64,000 nt of DNA from a virus (lineage: Duplodnaviria > Caudoviricetes). How positions within the stretch are numbered: position 1 is the stretch's first letter; the number at the start of each line of letters is the position of its first letter. The translations under genes were made by a program, and so were the position numbers. The notes under the pieces are model-generated. The model did not search any database. It saw nothing but the letters and a program-made list of their open reading frames with translations, and had not been told where the DNA came from. This document shows positions 47,561 to 56,251 of this stretch, one piece after another. The stretch lies in the IMG/VR virus record IMGVR_UViG_2881966637_000004, positions 16,464-80,463 of that record. The stretch is one strand, 5' to 3'.

Positions 47561-47569
47561 GGTGTGTGC

Positions 47570-47585
47570 GTTGATTTAAGTTGAC
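47570..47585 (-). promoter_or_regulatory. Box GTCAAC TTAA ATCAAC
   Basis: Overlaps the stop at 47576; identical 16-mer at 62466-62481. Confidence 0.65.
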
Positions 47586-47908
47586 TGCTGTTCAGCGATA
47601 AAGGCTTTGAGTATGGAAGTAACTCTTTCGAGCGTTGCGCCAAGATAAAAGGCAGCCAGTACCTGTTCGGCGGTTGAGGTTGGCTTCCACGTATCTATGG
47701 CGGTCAACACCCGTTCTGATAAAGTATCCATATACCAGTGATTCTCCTCGTCAACGTCGTCCGCCACGGGGTTGTTGAGAAAGTCATTGGACTCAATCTC
47801 TATCAATTCGCCAAGCACTTTCTTTCGCGTTGCATCTACATCGAAGGTGTTGGCATTGTCACCGGACGAGATGATGTACGGGCGAAGACTATACGTTTTC
47901 AGGGCCAT
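47576..47908 (-). CDS. Hypothetical protein
   Basis: 110 aa, acidic, coupled. Confidence 0.55.
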   Translation of the reverse strand: MALKTYSLRPYIISSGDNANTFDVDATRKKVLGELIEIESNDFLNNPVADDVDEENHWYMDTLSERVLTAIDTWKPTSTAEQVLAAFYLGATLERVTSILKAFIAEQQST

Positions 47909-48111
47909 TAGAGCAGGGTGTTTAAAACGTTGGCGAGGTTGTAGCCGTACTTGTCAAACAGCGCGGAGATGGACGCTTCGATGTCGCGGTCGCAGATGGA
48001 GCCGGTGAGCCGGCAGGAGATGCGCGGATTAACCATACGCGGCTGCTGGAAATTAACGGGGCGGACCTGGGCTTCGCCCTTGATGGGGAGTTCTAACTGA
48101 TTCGCTGGCAT
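47908..48111 (-). CDS. Hypothetical protein
   Basis: 67 aa; A/C-rich leader; stop overlaps the next start. Confidence 0.5.
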   Translation of the reverse strand: MPANQLELPIKGEAQVRPVNFQQPRMVNPRISCRLTGSICDRDIEASISALFDKYGYNLANVLNTLL

Positions 48112-48150
48112 TGTGTTGATTGGTTAAATGGTAACTGGTTCGATTGATTG

Positions 48151-48531
48151 CTACTCTTTATCCGATGAGCCAGATGGCTGCTCAAGCGTCATGGTGAACG
48201 TTCTGTATTTGGATACATACCCATCGGGCATATCGTCGTGTATCTCGGTGAGTTGTCGAATCACTTTAGCCAACGACTCTTTCGTCTCAAAGCGAATGTG
48301 AATCATATCTCGTTGATCCATCATGTCATTAAGCTGCGGAGTTGTTACATCCAGCAGTCCGGCTTCGTTGACCTGCTTCATCTCTTCCTCAGTGGCCTGC
48401 ATGAGGTTGATGCTGTCATAGAACCCCTGCGACTTTGATCCGGATCGTCCGATGAGAATGTCGTTCGACCCGAAGCTGGCGATCTGACAGATGGTTCGAT
48501 GCTCGGGATTGATGTTGGTTATAATCGGCAT
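48151..48531 (-). CDS. Hypothetical protein
   Basis: 126 aa, AACCAACC-type leader. Confidence 0.55.
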   Translation of the reverse strand: MPIITNINPEHRTICQIASFGSNDILIGRSGSKSQGFYDSINLMQATEEEMKQVNEAGLLDVTTPQLNDMMDQRDMIHIRFETKESLAKVIRQLTEIHDDMPDGYVSKYRTFTMTLEQPSGSSDKE

Positions 48532-48550
48532 TGTGTTGGTTGGTTATCTG

Positions 48551-48566
48551 GTTTACAAAGGTTGAC
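48551..48566 (-). promoter_or_regulatory. Box GTCAAC CTTT GTAAAC
   Basis: Intergenic, upstream of 48531. Confidence 0.55.
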
Positions 48567-48587
48567 TCAGTATCAAATATACTCGTT

Positions 48588-48878
48588 TCAAAAGGGCAAA
48601 TCGTCACCGTTTGCTTTGTTTTTTCGCCAGCTAAAGTAGCGGCCCATCACGTAGAAGTCGGCAATCACCGACTGCCATGACGATCGGTTAAGATACCAAT
48701 GCATATGGAGTATCTGCCATCTGGTTTCTTCGGGAAGCCCCTGATCGTTCGGTACAGTGTTGTCTATCTGTAGTAGCACAACTTGTAGGTGATACCGGGA
48801 AAAGGAAATAATCAGCGGGTTTATTTGCAGGAATCCCACAACGATTTCAAGGAGGTTAATTTGCTTGTGCATGGTCAT
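48588..48878 (-). CDS. Hypothetical protein
   Basis: ATGA-coupled to the clamp gene; ends in DDLPF; AT-rich. Confidence 0.45.
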   Translation of the reverse strand: MTMHKQINLLEIVVGFLQINPLIISFSRYHLQVVLLQIDNTVPNDQGLPEETRWQILHMHWYLNRSSWQSVIADFYVMGRYFSWRKNKANGDDLPF

Positions 48879-50047
48879 CGTCCGGTTAATACGATAGGCA
48901 TGATCATCGCCATCGTCTTGGTTTTTGGTTTGGAAAAGGTGATGAACACAGCGCGGCCGGGCGCATCGCTCTGGGTCTGTAGCTGCACCTCGCCCTCGAA
49001 GGCGGACAGAGCAGCCAGCAGACGACTGGCCCGGAACCCTTTGGGCCGGCTGTTGAGCGGCCCCTCGTAGGTGACGGGCATGATCTCTTCGGCGTGGTAG
49101 TCGGAGTAGTGATAGGTCATGTCCTTCTGGTTCTCCCAGGCGACGATGTGGTCGCCGTCGTGGTGATCCGCCGGCAGCGTCTTGATCCGCAGCAGCATAT
49201 TTTCCAGCAGGTCTTTACTGCCGACCATCGTGATGTCGTTCTCCTGGTTGGCGTAGAAATAATCCCATATCTGCGTTGGGTTGTAGGGAGAATGTTCCAT
49301 CTGACGAACGGAGATCGTCTCGCCACCGGCCTCGAAGTGAATCCACTTACCCACCTGAATAACGACTTCCATCTCCCACTTGAGCAGGGGCATCAAGGCG
49401 GGCAGGGCGTAGCCCGGTATCAGGAACGTGCCAGGCACTTCGATGCTGTCCACGTATTCGTAGTAGCAAATCTCCGTGTTGACCGCATCCACGCGGCAGC
49501 CGCCACTCTCGGGGTCGGGCGAGAGCCAGACACCGGAGAACTCGGGCCGCAGGGCATCGTTGATGGTGTAGGCTTTGGCGCGTTTGATGGCTTCGCCCAG
49601 CGCATAGGTCATGTCCGCCGGCACGGTGAAGGTCAGCGACTCCCGATCCACCGTATTGGGATTGGTGAAGTCACGGGCGGGATAGGCCGGCAGGGTTACG
49701 GTGCCGTGGAGACTGGTTAGTTTGGCCGAGGTGCCGTCGTAGTCGATGGTGATGGGCTGGCTGGTCATCGACGCCAGCACACGCACCAGCGGGTGGTATT
49801 CGATGCAGCAGGCGAAGGCGTCCTGAGAGTCTGTCTCGTCAATGGGTAGCTGCACGACCCGGCGCATGATGTCGCTGGCCCCGACGATCTGGATGTAGGT
49901 GTCGGCAAAGCCATCCACCTGGATGAGCACGGATGCGTGGACGGGGATGGCCGGGTTGTCTTTGATGATCTTGGAGAATGGCACCAGCGCGGAGCGCAGC
50001 TTCTCGGAGTTGATGGTCAGGCACTGTGTCTGGATTGCGATCGGCAT
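48875..50047 (-). CDS. dnaN: DNA polymerase III beta-clamp homolog
   Basis: 390 aa; NPAIPVHASVLI, LPAYPARDF, DALRPEFSGV and GFRASRLLAALSAF match the three-domain clamp pattern. Confidence 0.8.
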   Translation of the reverse strand: MPIAIQTQCLTINSEKLRSALVPFSKIIKDNPAIPVHASVLIQVDGFADTYIQIVGASDIMRRVVQLPIDETDSQDAFACCIEYHPLVRVLASMTSQPITIDYDGTSAKLTSLHGTVTLPAYPARDFTNPNTVDRESLTFTVPADMTYALGEAIKRAKAYTINDALRPEFSGVWLSPDPESGGCRVDAVNTEICYYEYVDSIEVPGTFLIPGYALPALMPLLKWEMEVVIQVGKWIHFEAGGETISVRQMEHSPYNPTQIWDYFYANQENDITMVGSKDLLENMLLRIKTLPADHHDGDHIVAWENQKDMTYHYSDYHAEEIMPVTYEGPLNSRPKGFRASRLLAALSAFEGEVQLQTQSDAPGRAVFITFSKPKTKTMAMIMPIVLTGR

Positions 50048-50050
50048 GGG

Positions 50051-50515
50051 CTAGTTGCTTTCGGGGTTGGACAGTATCTCGGGGCCGATGGTCGCCCGCT
50101 TGGCCATCACCTTCTCGTAGGAGAGTTTGGCCAGATCGTTCAGGGTCATGCCCATGCAGGACGCGATGGCGTTGAGGTAGTAGAACACATCGGCCAGCTC
50201 AAGTTTAAAATCCTCTTCGTTGGCTATCTCAACGACCAGTCCGTTGCTATACGCACGATCCTTTCTAACCTGTTTCTTGAGGGCGTCAACTTCGGCGGCA
50301 TAGAATCTGAGCATGTGCTTCTTTTGGTATATCTCCCGTTCGAGCATGGATAGCCCCTCTACCTCGCTGATCAATTCATTTCTGGCTGATACGTCCGCTT
50401 CGGCGGCCACCTCGCCGACCTCGCCCAGTAAACCCAGGAAGGCGACGGGTTCGTTGTTGCCCGGCTTATAGCCGATCTGCTGCTGTAACTCGGTGAGTTG
50501 TTTGATGTAATCCAT
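50051..50515 (-). CDS. MazG-like nucleotide pyrophosphohydrolase
   Basis: LGLLGEVGEVA...ELADVFYYLNAIASCMGMTL. Confidence 0.8.
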   Translation of the reverse strand: MDYIKQLTELQQQIGYKPGNNEPVAFLGLLGEVGEVAAEADVSARNELISEVEGLSMLEREIYQKKHMLRFYAAEVDALKKQVRKDRAYSNGLVVEIANEEDFKLELADVFYYLNAIASCMGMTLNDLAKLSYEKVMAKRATIGPEILSNPESN

Positions 50516-50529
50516 AGGGGTTGGTTGGT

Positions 50530-52053
50530 TTAAAATGGGGTATCGTTTTCAGGGGCTAACTGACGGGCTATATCGGGGAAAGACAATGCGCCATTCGCCG
50601 GGTACTGCTGCACCCACTTAGGCCGGTGGGCGGCCGGGTTTAGTTCGCGCTCTTCGGGCTTGACGGGGATCAGGGGTGGCTCGTCGGCGAACTGACCAGT
50701 CCTTACATCGCACCATAGTTTGGCTACGCCAGGCTCACCATTTCGGTATTTGAGAAAGTCCATCTCGAACTCGTAGTCGAAGATGGGTGGCACGAACATG
50801 GCCCCTTTCTTGACATCTTCGGTTGCCCGGCGCAGTTTGTAGTAGTCGTCCCGGTATAGCCCAACGATGATGGTAGCATCCTCTTCAATCTTGCCCGACT
50901 CCCGAAGGTCTTCAAGCTGTGGTCGTTTGTTGTCGCGGCTTTCAATACCTCTGGATAGCTGCGACCCCCAGAGCCACGGAGACTTCATCTTGAGGTTAGC
51001 GTCTTTAATTTTTCCGCTGACAGAAGAGACAACCTCGTAGGCTTTGCTGCCCTTCACCTTTCGGTCGCCGGCTTTTTGCAGGTAGTCGAGTACCGTAAGG
51101 CCGCACCCAAACTGCTGCTGCATATCGTAAGCCGAGTAGATGATGTCGTTGATGTCCGTGCTGCCACTCTCATCGAAGTAGATGGGCAGCGTCCGCAGGT
51201 AGTCACCGGCTTCTCGTATCGCTTTCCAGTCTTCGGCGGAGAACGAATGATCTTTGTGTCGCCCTTTGATGAGCGCACCGTATGGAATCCCGCAGATAGA
51301 CGAGATGAGCCGGTTGGTACACTGCTCGGCGGAAATTTCCAGCGAGAAGAAACTTGTCGGTGTCCCTGCAATGGCGGCTTCTTTGGCCAGGTTGAGCAGC
51401 ACCAGTGTCTTGCCTGCGCCGGGCCGACCGGCAAACCCCACCGAGTCGCTACTCTGCCACCCCCCTGTAATCCGGTTGAGCTTATCCGATCCGGAGCTTA
51501 CGCCGGACAATCCGGTAGGGCTATTGGCAGCGGCTTCGATGTGAGCCAGGGTGCTGTCGATCACTTTGCTCATCCCCCTGACGTGGCGGGATGCTGTGCC
51601 GCTGGTTACCGCCGTGGTCAGGTCTTTGGCCTTCTGGATGATAGCATCAAATGACTCGTTGTTGTAGGCGTCCCGGATTAGCTCGGCCGCCTGGGAGATG
51701 GCGATGCGCTTGACGTATAGCTCACGCAGATGGATGGCCGTTTCCATGTGGGCCAGACCAATTGCCCGGTTGGCCAGCTGGTCGAGGGGTGGCAGCCGGT
51801 GCAGCAGCGCGTCAGTGCCGGATGATCTCAGATGCTGGATGATGGTGATGGGCCGTATGGTCTTGCCCTCATCAGCGATAGCCAGCAGGATGCGGTAGAG
51901 ATGCTGATGGTCTTCCTTGTAGAAGACGGCTCCCTCATCCAGTATGGCCCGTACATCGAAGAGCCGGGCCGGCTTATCCAGCAGACTACCCAGCAGGGAT
52001 AGTTCGCTGTCGCTATCCTGGGGTGGAATTTTGTCGATCAGGTAGTTGGTCAT
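50530..52053 (-). CDS. dnaB: Replicative DNA helicase
   Basis: PPQDSDSE, AGRPGAGKT Walker A, FFSLE, VLDYLQ, SQLSR, RPQLEDLRESGKIEEDA, KYRNGE. Confidence 0.95.
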   Translation of the reverse strand: MTNYLIDKIPPQDSDSELSLLGSLLDKPARLFDVRAILDEGAVFYKEDHQHLYRILLAIADEGKTIRPITIIQHLRSSGTDALLHRLPPLDQLANRAIGLAHMETAIHLRELYVKRIAISQAAELIRDAYNNESFDAIIQKAKDLTTAVTSGTASRHVRGMSKVIDSTLAHIEAAANSPTGLSGVSSGSDKLNRITGGWQSSDSVGFAGRPGAGKTLVLLNLAKEAAIAGTPTSFFSLEISAEQCTNRLISSICGIPYGALIKGRHKDHSFSAEDWKAIREAGDYLRTLPIYFDESGSTDINDIIYSAYDMQQQFGCGLTVLDYLQKAGDRKVKGSKAYEVVSSVSGKIKDANLKMKSPWLWGSQLSRGIESRDNKRPQLEDLRESGKIEEDATIIVGLYRDDYYKLRRATEDVKKGAMFVPPIFDYEFEMDFLKYRNGEPGVAKLWCDVRTGQFADEPPLIPVKPEERELNPAAHRPKWVQQYPANGALSFPDIARQLAPENDTPF

Positions 52054-52056
52054 AGG

Positions 52057-52344
52057 TTAGTAGCTACTGTAGTGGAGCAGCAGCAGTTGCTCCTGCATAT
52101 CTTCGTCGGTGATGGTAGCGCGGACGGTAGCGTAGTCAAAGTGCATGTCCGGTGTTGGCTTGAGTAGCCCGTAGGGTTGGTACGCCCAGGGCGGTGGCGG
52201 GAAGTTATAGAGGCCCGCTTCTTCCCGTCGGTTGCATACTTCCTGCCACTGCTGCAGATCGGAGTAGGTTACCCGTCTGGTGTGGAGCATCATCAGGTGC
52301 GTCTCGGAGAGATCGGGGGTTGGCTGGGGCTCACTTGTATTCAT
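52057..52344 (-). CDS. Hypothetical protein
   Basis: Between initiator and helicase; start overlaps the initiator end. Confidence 0.5.
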   Translation of the reverse strand: MNTSEPQPTPDLSETHLMMLHTRRVTYSDLQQWQEVCNRREEAGLYNFPPPPWAYQPYGLLKPTPDMHFDYATVRATITDEDMQEQLLLLHYSSY

Positions 52345-53347
52345 AGCTGCCAAAGTCGATGCGGTGCGAATAGCTGGGCTGGCTGGCTTTTACCAGCTCA
52401 ACCTGCTTGTCGGTCGCGTAGAGGTTGAAGAATCGAAAGACCTGTGATCGGTCTTTGAAGGTGTTGTTGATCGCGCGTTCGTTGACGAAGCAGTCCACAA
52501 AGTCGGTGAATGGGGCTTTAAACTTTTTGAAAAACAGGTCGGCTTTCTCGCCCCGAAACAGGATTGCCAGTAGTTTGTAAAGCTGCTCTCTGGTACAGGG
52601 GAGTCCGCTGATCCGGCACCACTCCCCTTCGGCTACCGCAAACGGATCGGTTGCTATGGCTTCCCGGTGCTGACTAACAAACGCCGGCACGTCGCCGGGT
52701 TGATAGTGAGATTGACTTGGGTTGACAAGAGCAGCAGCAGCAGCAGCAGACGGACTAACCTGCGGGTATGTCTCCATCTTATTATCTACCTCTTGTACTA
52801 CTACTCTTTTTTTTCTTTTTATACTTTTTATATTCCTTATATATGCGGGTAAACAATTTGTTAAGGGTTCCATAACATTTAGATTACCCCCCTTAACATT
52901 TAGATTAGGGTTTACCCTTAACATTTTGTTATTACCCCCCTTAACAAATTGTTTAGGGGGGGGTAATCTATTTGTTAAGGGTAGTCCACTTCCCGTCATG
53001 GTAGAAACGGCATTTGCCGGCGAGGCTGCGACAGACATCTGCAGGGGTTCGGGTTGCTGATCGTCCGCATAAAACAGAACTGCTATGGACGGCTCCACCT
53101 CAATGTGGCGGGCGTTATCGGGCTGGTTAATACTGATCAGGCCGTACTCTTTGAGGTCGTTAATGATTCGACTAATGGAGCTACTGTGTACGACGCCGGT
53201 TTGCTGGGCCAGCATCGCATTTGTGTCACAACATACCCCGCCATTACCAGCGGCCCGGTACGCAATCTGCGAGAGGACAACGCGCTCAGTCATACTCAGT
53301 GCATCGTTGGTTAAAATCTCCTGTGGAATGAATAAGCCCTTGTTCAT
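52331..53347 (-). CDS. Phage replication initiator (N-terminal wHTH)
   Basis: LFIPQEILTNDALSMTERVVLSQI...ISRIINDLKEYGLI wHTH; internal AT-rich iteron region; upstream of DnaB. Confidence 0.8.
   Translation of the reverse strand: MNKGLFIPQEILTNDALSMTERVVLSQIAYRAAGNGGVCCDTNAMLAQQTGVVHSSSISRIINDLKEYGLISINQPDNARHIEVEPSIAVLFYADDQQPEPLQMSVAASPANAVSTMTGSGLPLTNRLPPPKQFVKGGNNKMLRVNPNLNVKGGNLNVMEPLTNCLPAYIRNIKSIKRKKRVVVQEVDNKMETYPQVSPSAAAAAALVNPSQSHYQPGDVPAFVSQHREAIATDPFAVAEGEWCRISGLPCTREQLYKLLAILFRGEKADLFFKKFKAPFTDFVDCFVNERAINNTFKDRSQVFRFFNLYATDKQVELVKASQPSYSHRIDFGSYEYK
52805..52982. repeat. Probable replication origin (iterons plus AT-rich tract) within the initiator gene
   Basis: 18-bp perfect inverted repeat at 52850-52867/52938-52955; repeated ATTACCCCCCTTAACA, AACATTTAGATTA and TTTGTTAAGGGT; T-rich tract at 52805-52845. 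Confidence 0.7.
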
Positions 53348-53359
53348 GGCGTTAACTAA

Positions 53360-53650
53360 TTAAAGGATGGTGATGCGCAGCTTGTTGTGAGGCAGCTTGC
53401 TGTAGGCGATGTGAGACGCTTTCGTCAGGTAGTCCAGGGTAAGGGTCATCTCGTCGGCAGATCGCAAGCCAGCGACAACTCGTAGCTCCATGCTGTCCAC
53501 ATCAAAGGTGGAGCCCACCTCGCGGATGACGAAGTACAACAGGGCCGAGTACGTCGCCATGTGCAGCGAGGTGGCATCCGGTCTTCCAGCGTTGGCAATG
53601 ACGAACCGGCTCAGCTTATCCGGAAGGTTGACTTTAGTTGACGTAGCCAT
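53360..53650 (-). CDS. Hypothetical protein (possible wHTH)
   Basis: 96 aa preceding the initiator. Confidence 0.55.
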   Translation of the reverse strand: MATSTKVNLPDKLSRFVIANAGRPDATSLHMATYSALLYFVIREVGSTFDVDSMELRVVAGLRSADEMTLTLDYLTKASHIAYSKLPHNKLRITIL

Positions 53651-54045
53651 CGTTGTAGTGGGGCTTCGGTGGGTGAATCGGGTTGTCTGGGGATGGGGGG
53701 CGGTGGTGGCGATACGATCAGGGGTGGCGGGGCAGACACATCGGTAACGCCTACCGACCCGTACTTCTCTTTGATCCTGTCCATCTCCCCGAGGAACTCT
53801 TCGACCAGTTTGGACTGGTACTTGTTGACCAGATACTGGATGTCTTCGGTGTCCAGTCTAAAGAGTTCATAAGGGCCATGACTGTAGATCATATCGCCCG
53901 ACCTAAAGCACAGATGAAATGAAGAGCAGACCTTTTTGTGAATGTCGAAAGAATGGAAACGTTCTTCGGCTGATAGCTTCTCTTCTTCTCTTATGATCGC
54001 TTCATTCTCTTTGAGAATCTGGAAGAACCTTTGGTAGTCATTCAT
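53611..54045 (-). CDS. Hypothetical protein
   Basis: 144 aa, Pro-rich C-terminus. Confidence 0.5.
   Translation of the reverse strand: MNDYQRFFQILKENEAIIREEEKLSAEERFHSFDIHKKVCSSFHLCFRSGDMIYSHGPYELFRLDTEDIQYLVNKYQSKLVEEFLGEMDRIKEKYGSVGVTDVSAPPPLIVSPPPPPIPRQPDSPTEAPLQRWLRQLKSTFRIS
53627..53642 (-). promoter_or_regulatory. Box GTCAAC TAAA GTCAAC
   Basis: Within the first codons of 53360-53650. Confidence 0.55.
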
Positions 54046-54057
54046 GGAGTTGGCTGA

Positions 54058-54390
54058 TTAAAAAGGTGTCTCTTCTCCCTCTTCGGGTATGTATGTCTCG
54101 ACGGCATCTCTTCCGTCCGGCATCTTGACACTGACATACGTGCGAATCTTTTCCTGATACGCATCGCCGATCACTTCGGAAGCCACCTCGAATAAGTCCA
54201 TGACATCAAGGGCGTGGCTGGCCGCGTTCGGCATGATTTCTTGTTGCTTACTTTTCTGATAGTACCGATCCAGTTGACCGTCAACATACTCTTCCAGTAT
54301 TTTCAACTCAACCAGCGAGAGTTCCTTTAACTGGCTCGGGTCAATAAAAAGTTGCAGGGGATTTTTTGATTTCTCAGCGGTAGCCATCAT
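54058..54390 (-). CDS. Hypothetical protein
   Basis: 110 aa, ATGA-coupled to Rha. Confidence 0.55.
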   Translation of the reverse strand: MMATAEKSKNPLQLFIDPSQLKELSLVELKILEEYVDGQLDRYYQKSKQQEIMPNAASHALDVMDLFEVASEVIGDAYQEKIRTYVSVKMPDGRDAVETYIPEEGEETPF

Positions 54391-55148
54391 CGTGCTTGTT
54401 TAAGTTGTGGTACTGGCTTTGGAGCCTCGGTGATGCCCAGCTCCTGCATCTTCTGAAACAGTGGCAGAGCGTGGGTCTTACAGATGATTGAGGCCTCGTC
54501 AATGCCGATCCGGCCAGTCTTACAGAAGTCGTCGGCGAGAGCCATTGAGGAGGCCACAGCTGGCTTGAATGTACGGATGACTTCTTTGGCCGAGGTGCGG
54601 TGCTTGGACGGTACGCCTTTTGTTTTGGCCCAGTGGAGTATTTCGTGCGGGGTCTTGCCGGTGTGGTGGAAACAGTTGGCCCGGTTGTAGGCGATAGCCT
54701 GATCCTTTCCACCCTGCGAGAAGTTGTAGCTGTTCACTTCTTTGCTGTTGGCGATCTGCTTGGGTCGCTGGGTAAAGACCAACAGCTGCTTTACCTCTGG
54801 GCTTTCTGATACCTGGCTTCGCTCCTCTTCGAGTTGTTGCCAACGCTGGATGATCTTGTGCCGGGCCACTACGTCGTAACCCGACAGAAGGGTTATTGTC
54901 GTGTTCTTGTCCAGCCAATACAAGGGTAGTTGCTTTCCCTGTTCGCTAACATAAAACCCTGATTCACAATGAAAGCTCAAAGTTGAGCCGTCCGCTGCTG
55001 CTGCCTTTAGCTGACGCAGCATGGTTCTAATGTCTCGGATAACGTTCTTGTGAATCTTTCCGGTTAGCTCGGCTATTTCCAAGCTGTTCATTGTGCGAAC
55101 CGGGCCAGTAGATGACTGGCCTGCTGGTTGTGGTGCTGTGGACTTCAT
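54387..55148 (-). CDS. rha: Rha family phage regulatory protein (antirepressor-like)
   Basis: MNSLEIAELTGKIHKNVIRDIRTML...GYDVVARHKIIQRWQQLE is the Rha signature; start taken at ATG 55148, downstream of the leader structure. Confidence 0.8.
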   Translation of the reverse strand: MKSTAPQPAGQSSTGPVRTMNSLEIAELTGKIHKNVIRDIRTMLRQLKAAAADGSTLSFHCESGFYVSEQGKQLPLYWLDKNTTITLLSGYDVVARHKIIQRWQQLEEERSQVSESPEVKQLLVFTQRPKQIANSKEVNSYNFSQGGKDQAIAYNRANCFHHTGKTPHEILHWAKTKGVPSKHRTSAKEVIRTFKPAVASSMALADDFCKTGRIGIDEASIICKTHALPLFQKMQELGITEAPKPVPQLKQAR

Positions 55149-55163
55149 CGTGTTGATAAATAA

Positions 55164-55250
55164 AAGAGGTAACCCCTCCAATGGTATGTTGCGTTGGCGA
55201 CGCAAGACGGGACAGCGACCGTCTACATACCATTGGAGGGGTTACCTCTT
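55164..55250 (-). ncRNA. Structured leader RNA: 26-bp perfect stem capped by two hairpins, followed by a U-rich run
   Basis: 55164-55189 is the exact reverse complement of 55225-55250; the loop holds TTGCGT/ACGCAA and AGACGG/CCGTCT hairpins. Confidence 0.7.
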
Positions 55251-55306
55251 AATGTCCTGCTGTCTATGTACCATCGAGTGCCAGTCGATGCGGGGGCAAC
55301 TGTTAC

Positions 55307-55322
55307 GTTGATAAAAGTTGAC
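55307..55322 (-). promoter_or_regulatory. Box GTCAAC TTTT ATCAAC
   Basis: In the Rha leader. Confidence 0.6.
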
Positions 55323-55335
55323 GAGGACGTTAAGT

Positions 55336-55362
55336 AAGCCCACCATCAGGGACAGTGGGCTT
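55336..55362 (-). other. 8-bp hairpin in the Rha leader
   Basis: AAGCCCAC (55336-43) pairs with GTGGGCTT (55355-62). Confidence 0.5.
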
Positions 55363-55428
55363 TACCATAGAATACATTCCTCTTGAGCGTCAACTTGTAA
55401 TAACCCTTACCCACTCAACAAACCGGCC

Positions 55429-55465
55429 CGAAAAGATAGTTCCAAACTAGTTGACAAAAGTTTAC
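55429..55465 (-). promoter_or_regulatory. Box GTAAAC TTTT GTCAAC plus TATCTTTTCG -7-like element (Rha leader promoter)
   Basis: Box at 55450-55465; -7-like element at 55429-55438 on the minus strand. Confidence 0.6.
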
Positions 55466-55468
55466 TAT

Positions 55469-56020
55469 TTAATACGGCTTACCCTCAACCCTTGCTTCGG
55501 CTTTAAGCTGGGCGAACCACTTCTCGTCAGGGAATATGGCGTGCTGGTGCGGGAAGAAGAACAGCTCCACCCCTACTTGCTCGCGCTCAGAATGAACCGA
55601 AATCTGGTGGAGAACCCCCATGTCCGTGAGGCTGTGTAGTTCCTGATACACATCGCCATGAAACATCCCCACCACGCCAGCTACCTCCTCGCAGGTTACC
55701 ATTTGTAAGCCGCCAAATGTAGCATCCCTATTCCCTGTGAGTATGCTTTTGAATACGATCTTGGCTACACCAAAGACAACGACGGCGAGGTTCTTTGAGG
55801 TTTCTCGGGCCAGGGCGTGTGGATACTGGGCCATGCCCTGTTCGGTAAGCATGATTCGCTTTACATCCTCGGGATTGACCGACTCAAACAGGTAAACAAA
55901 GCCGAGTTTGCACACATCCTCCGGGGATACTGATGGCGTGGATGGTGATTGCTTTGGGGATGGCTCATCCGAATACGCTTTTACTGAGCCTGTGTTGACT
56001 GTCATCATATTCTGGTACAT
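55469..56020 (-). CDS. Hypothetical protein
   Basis: 183 aa, AACCAACC-type leader. Confidence 0.55.
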   Translation of the reverse strand: MYQNMMTVNTGSVKAYSDEPSPKQSPSTPSVSPEDVCKLGFVYLFESVNPEDVKRIMLTEQGMAQYPHALARETSKNLAVVVFGVAKIVFKSILTGNRDATFGGLQMVTCEEVAGVVGMFHGDVYQELHSLTDMGVLHQISVHSEREQVGVELFFFPHQHAIFPDEKWFAQLKAEARVEGKPY

Positions 56021-56032
56021 ATTATTGGTTGG

Positions 56033-56251
56033 TTAAAATTTACGCTCTTTGATTGCTATGTAAACGGATACCGTAATGACCAGGTCTATAAAGACGAAGA
56101 TCAGAAAAAAGAATCGCGTGACCCTGTGCCATGTGGATACATCTGGGTTCCACTGGATAAAGGAAAAGAACAGGTACGGTATCGGGATAGACACCAGCAG
56201 GGCGGCCAGGACAATGCCGATCCGCCGTATAGTTTTCATTGTGCTATTCAT
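56033..56251 (-). CDS. Small two-TM membrane protein
   Basis: Two hydrophobic helices around WNPDVSTW. Confidence 0.55.
   Translation of the reverse strand: MNSTMKTIRRIGIVLAALLVSIPIPYLFFSFIQWNPDVSTWHRVTRFFFLIFVFIDLVITVSVYIAIKERKF

Noticed and set aside
50516-50530. GGTT/AACC short repeats upstream of many minus-strand genes
   Set aside because: Consistent with ordinary A/C-rich, Shine-Dalgarno-less Bacteroidota translation initiation regions.
52711-52726. Possible extra box (GTCAAC CCAA GTCAAT, minus strand)
   Set aside because: Mid-gene with an atypical spacer; may be chance, so it was not counted.
55164-55250. 26-bp inverted repeat as a transposon end, invertible promoter or protelomerase site
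   Set aside because: The 35-bp core has no promoter or ORF but folds into two hairpins; no recombinase or protelomerase lies in the window. The RNA interpretation is preferred, although inversion is not excluded.
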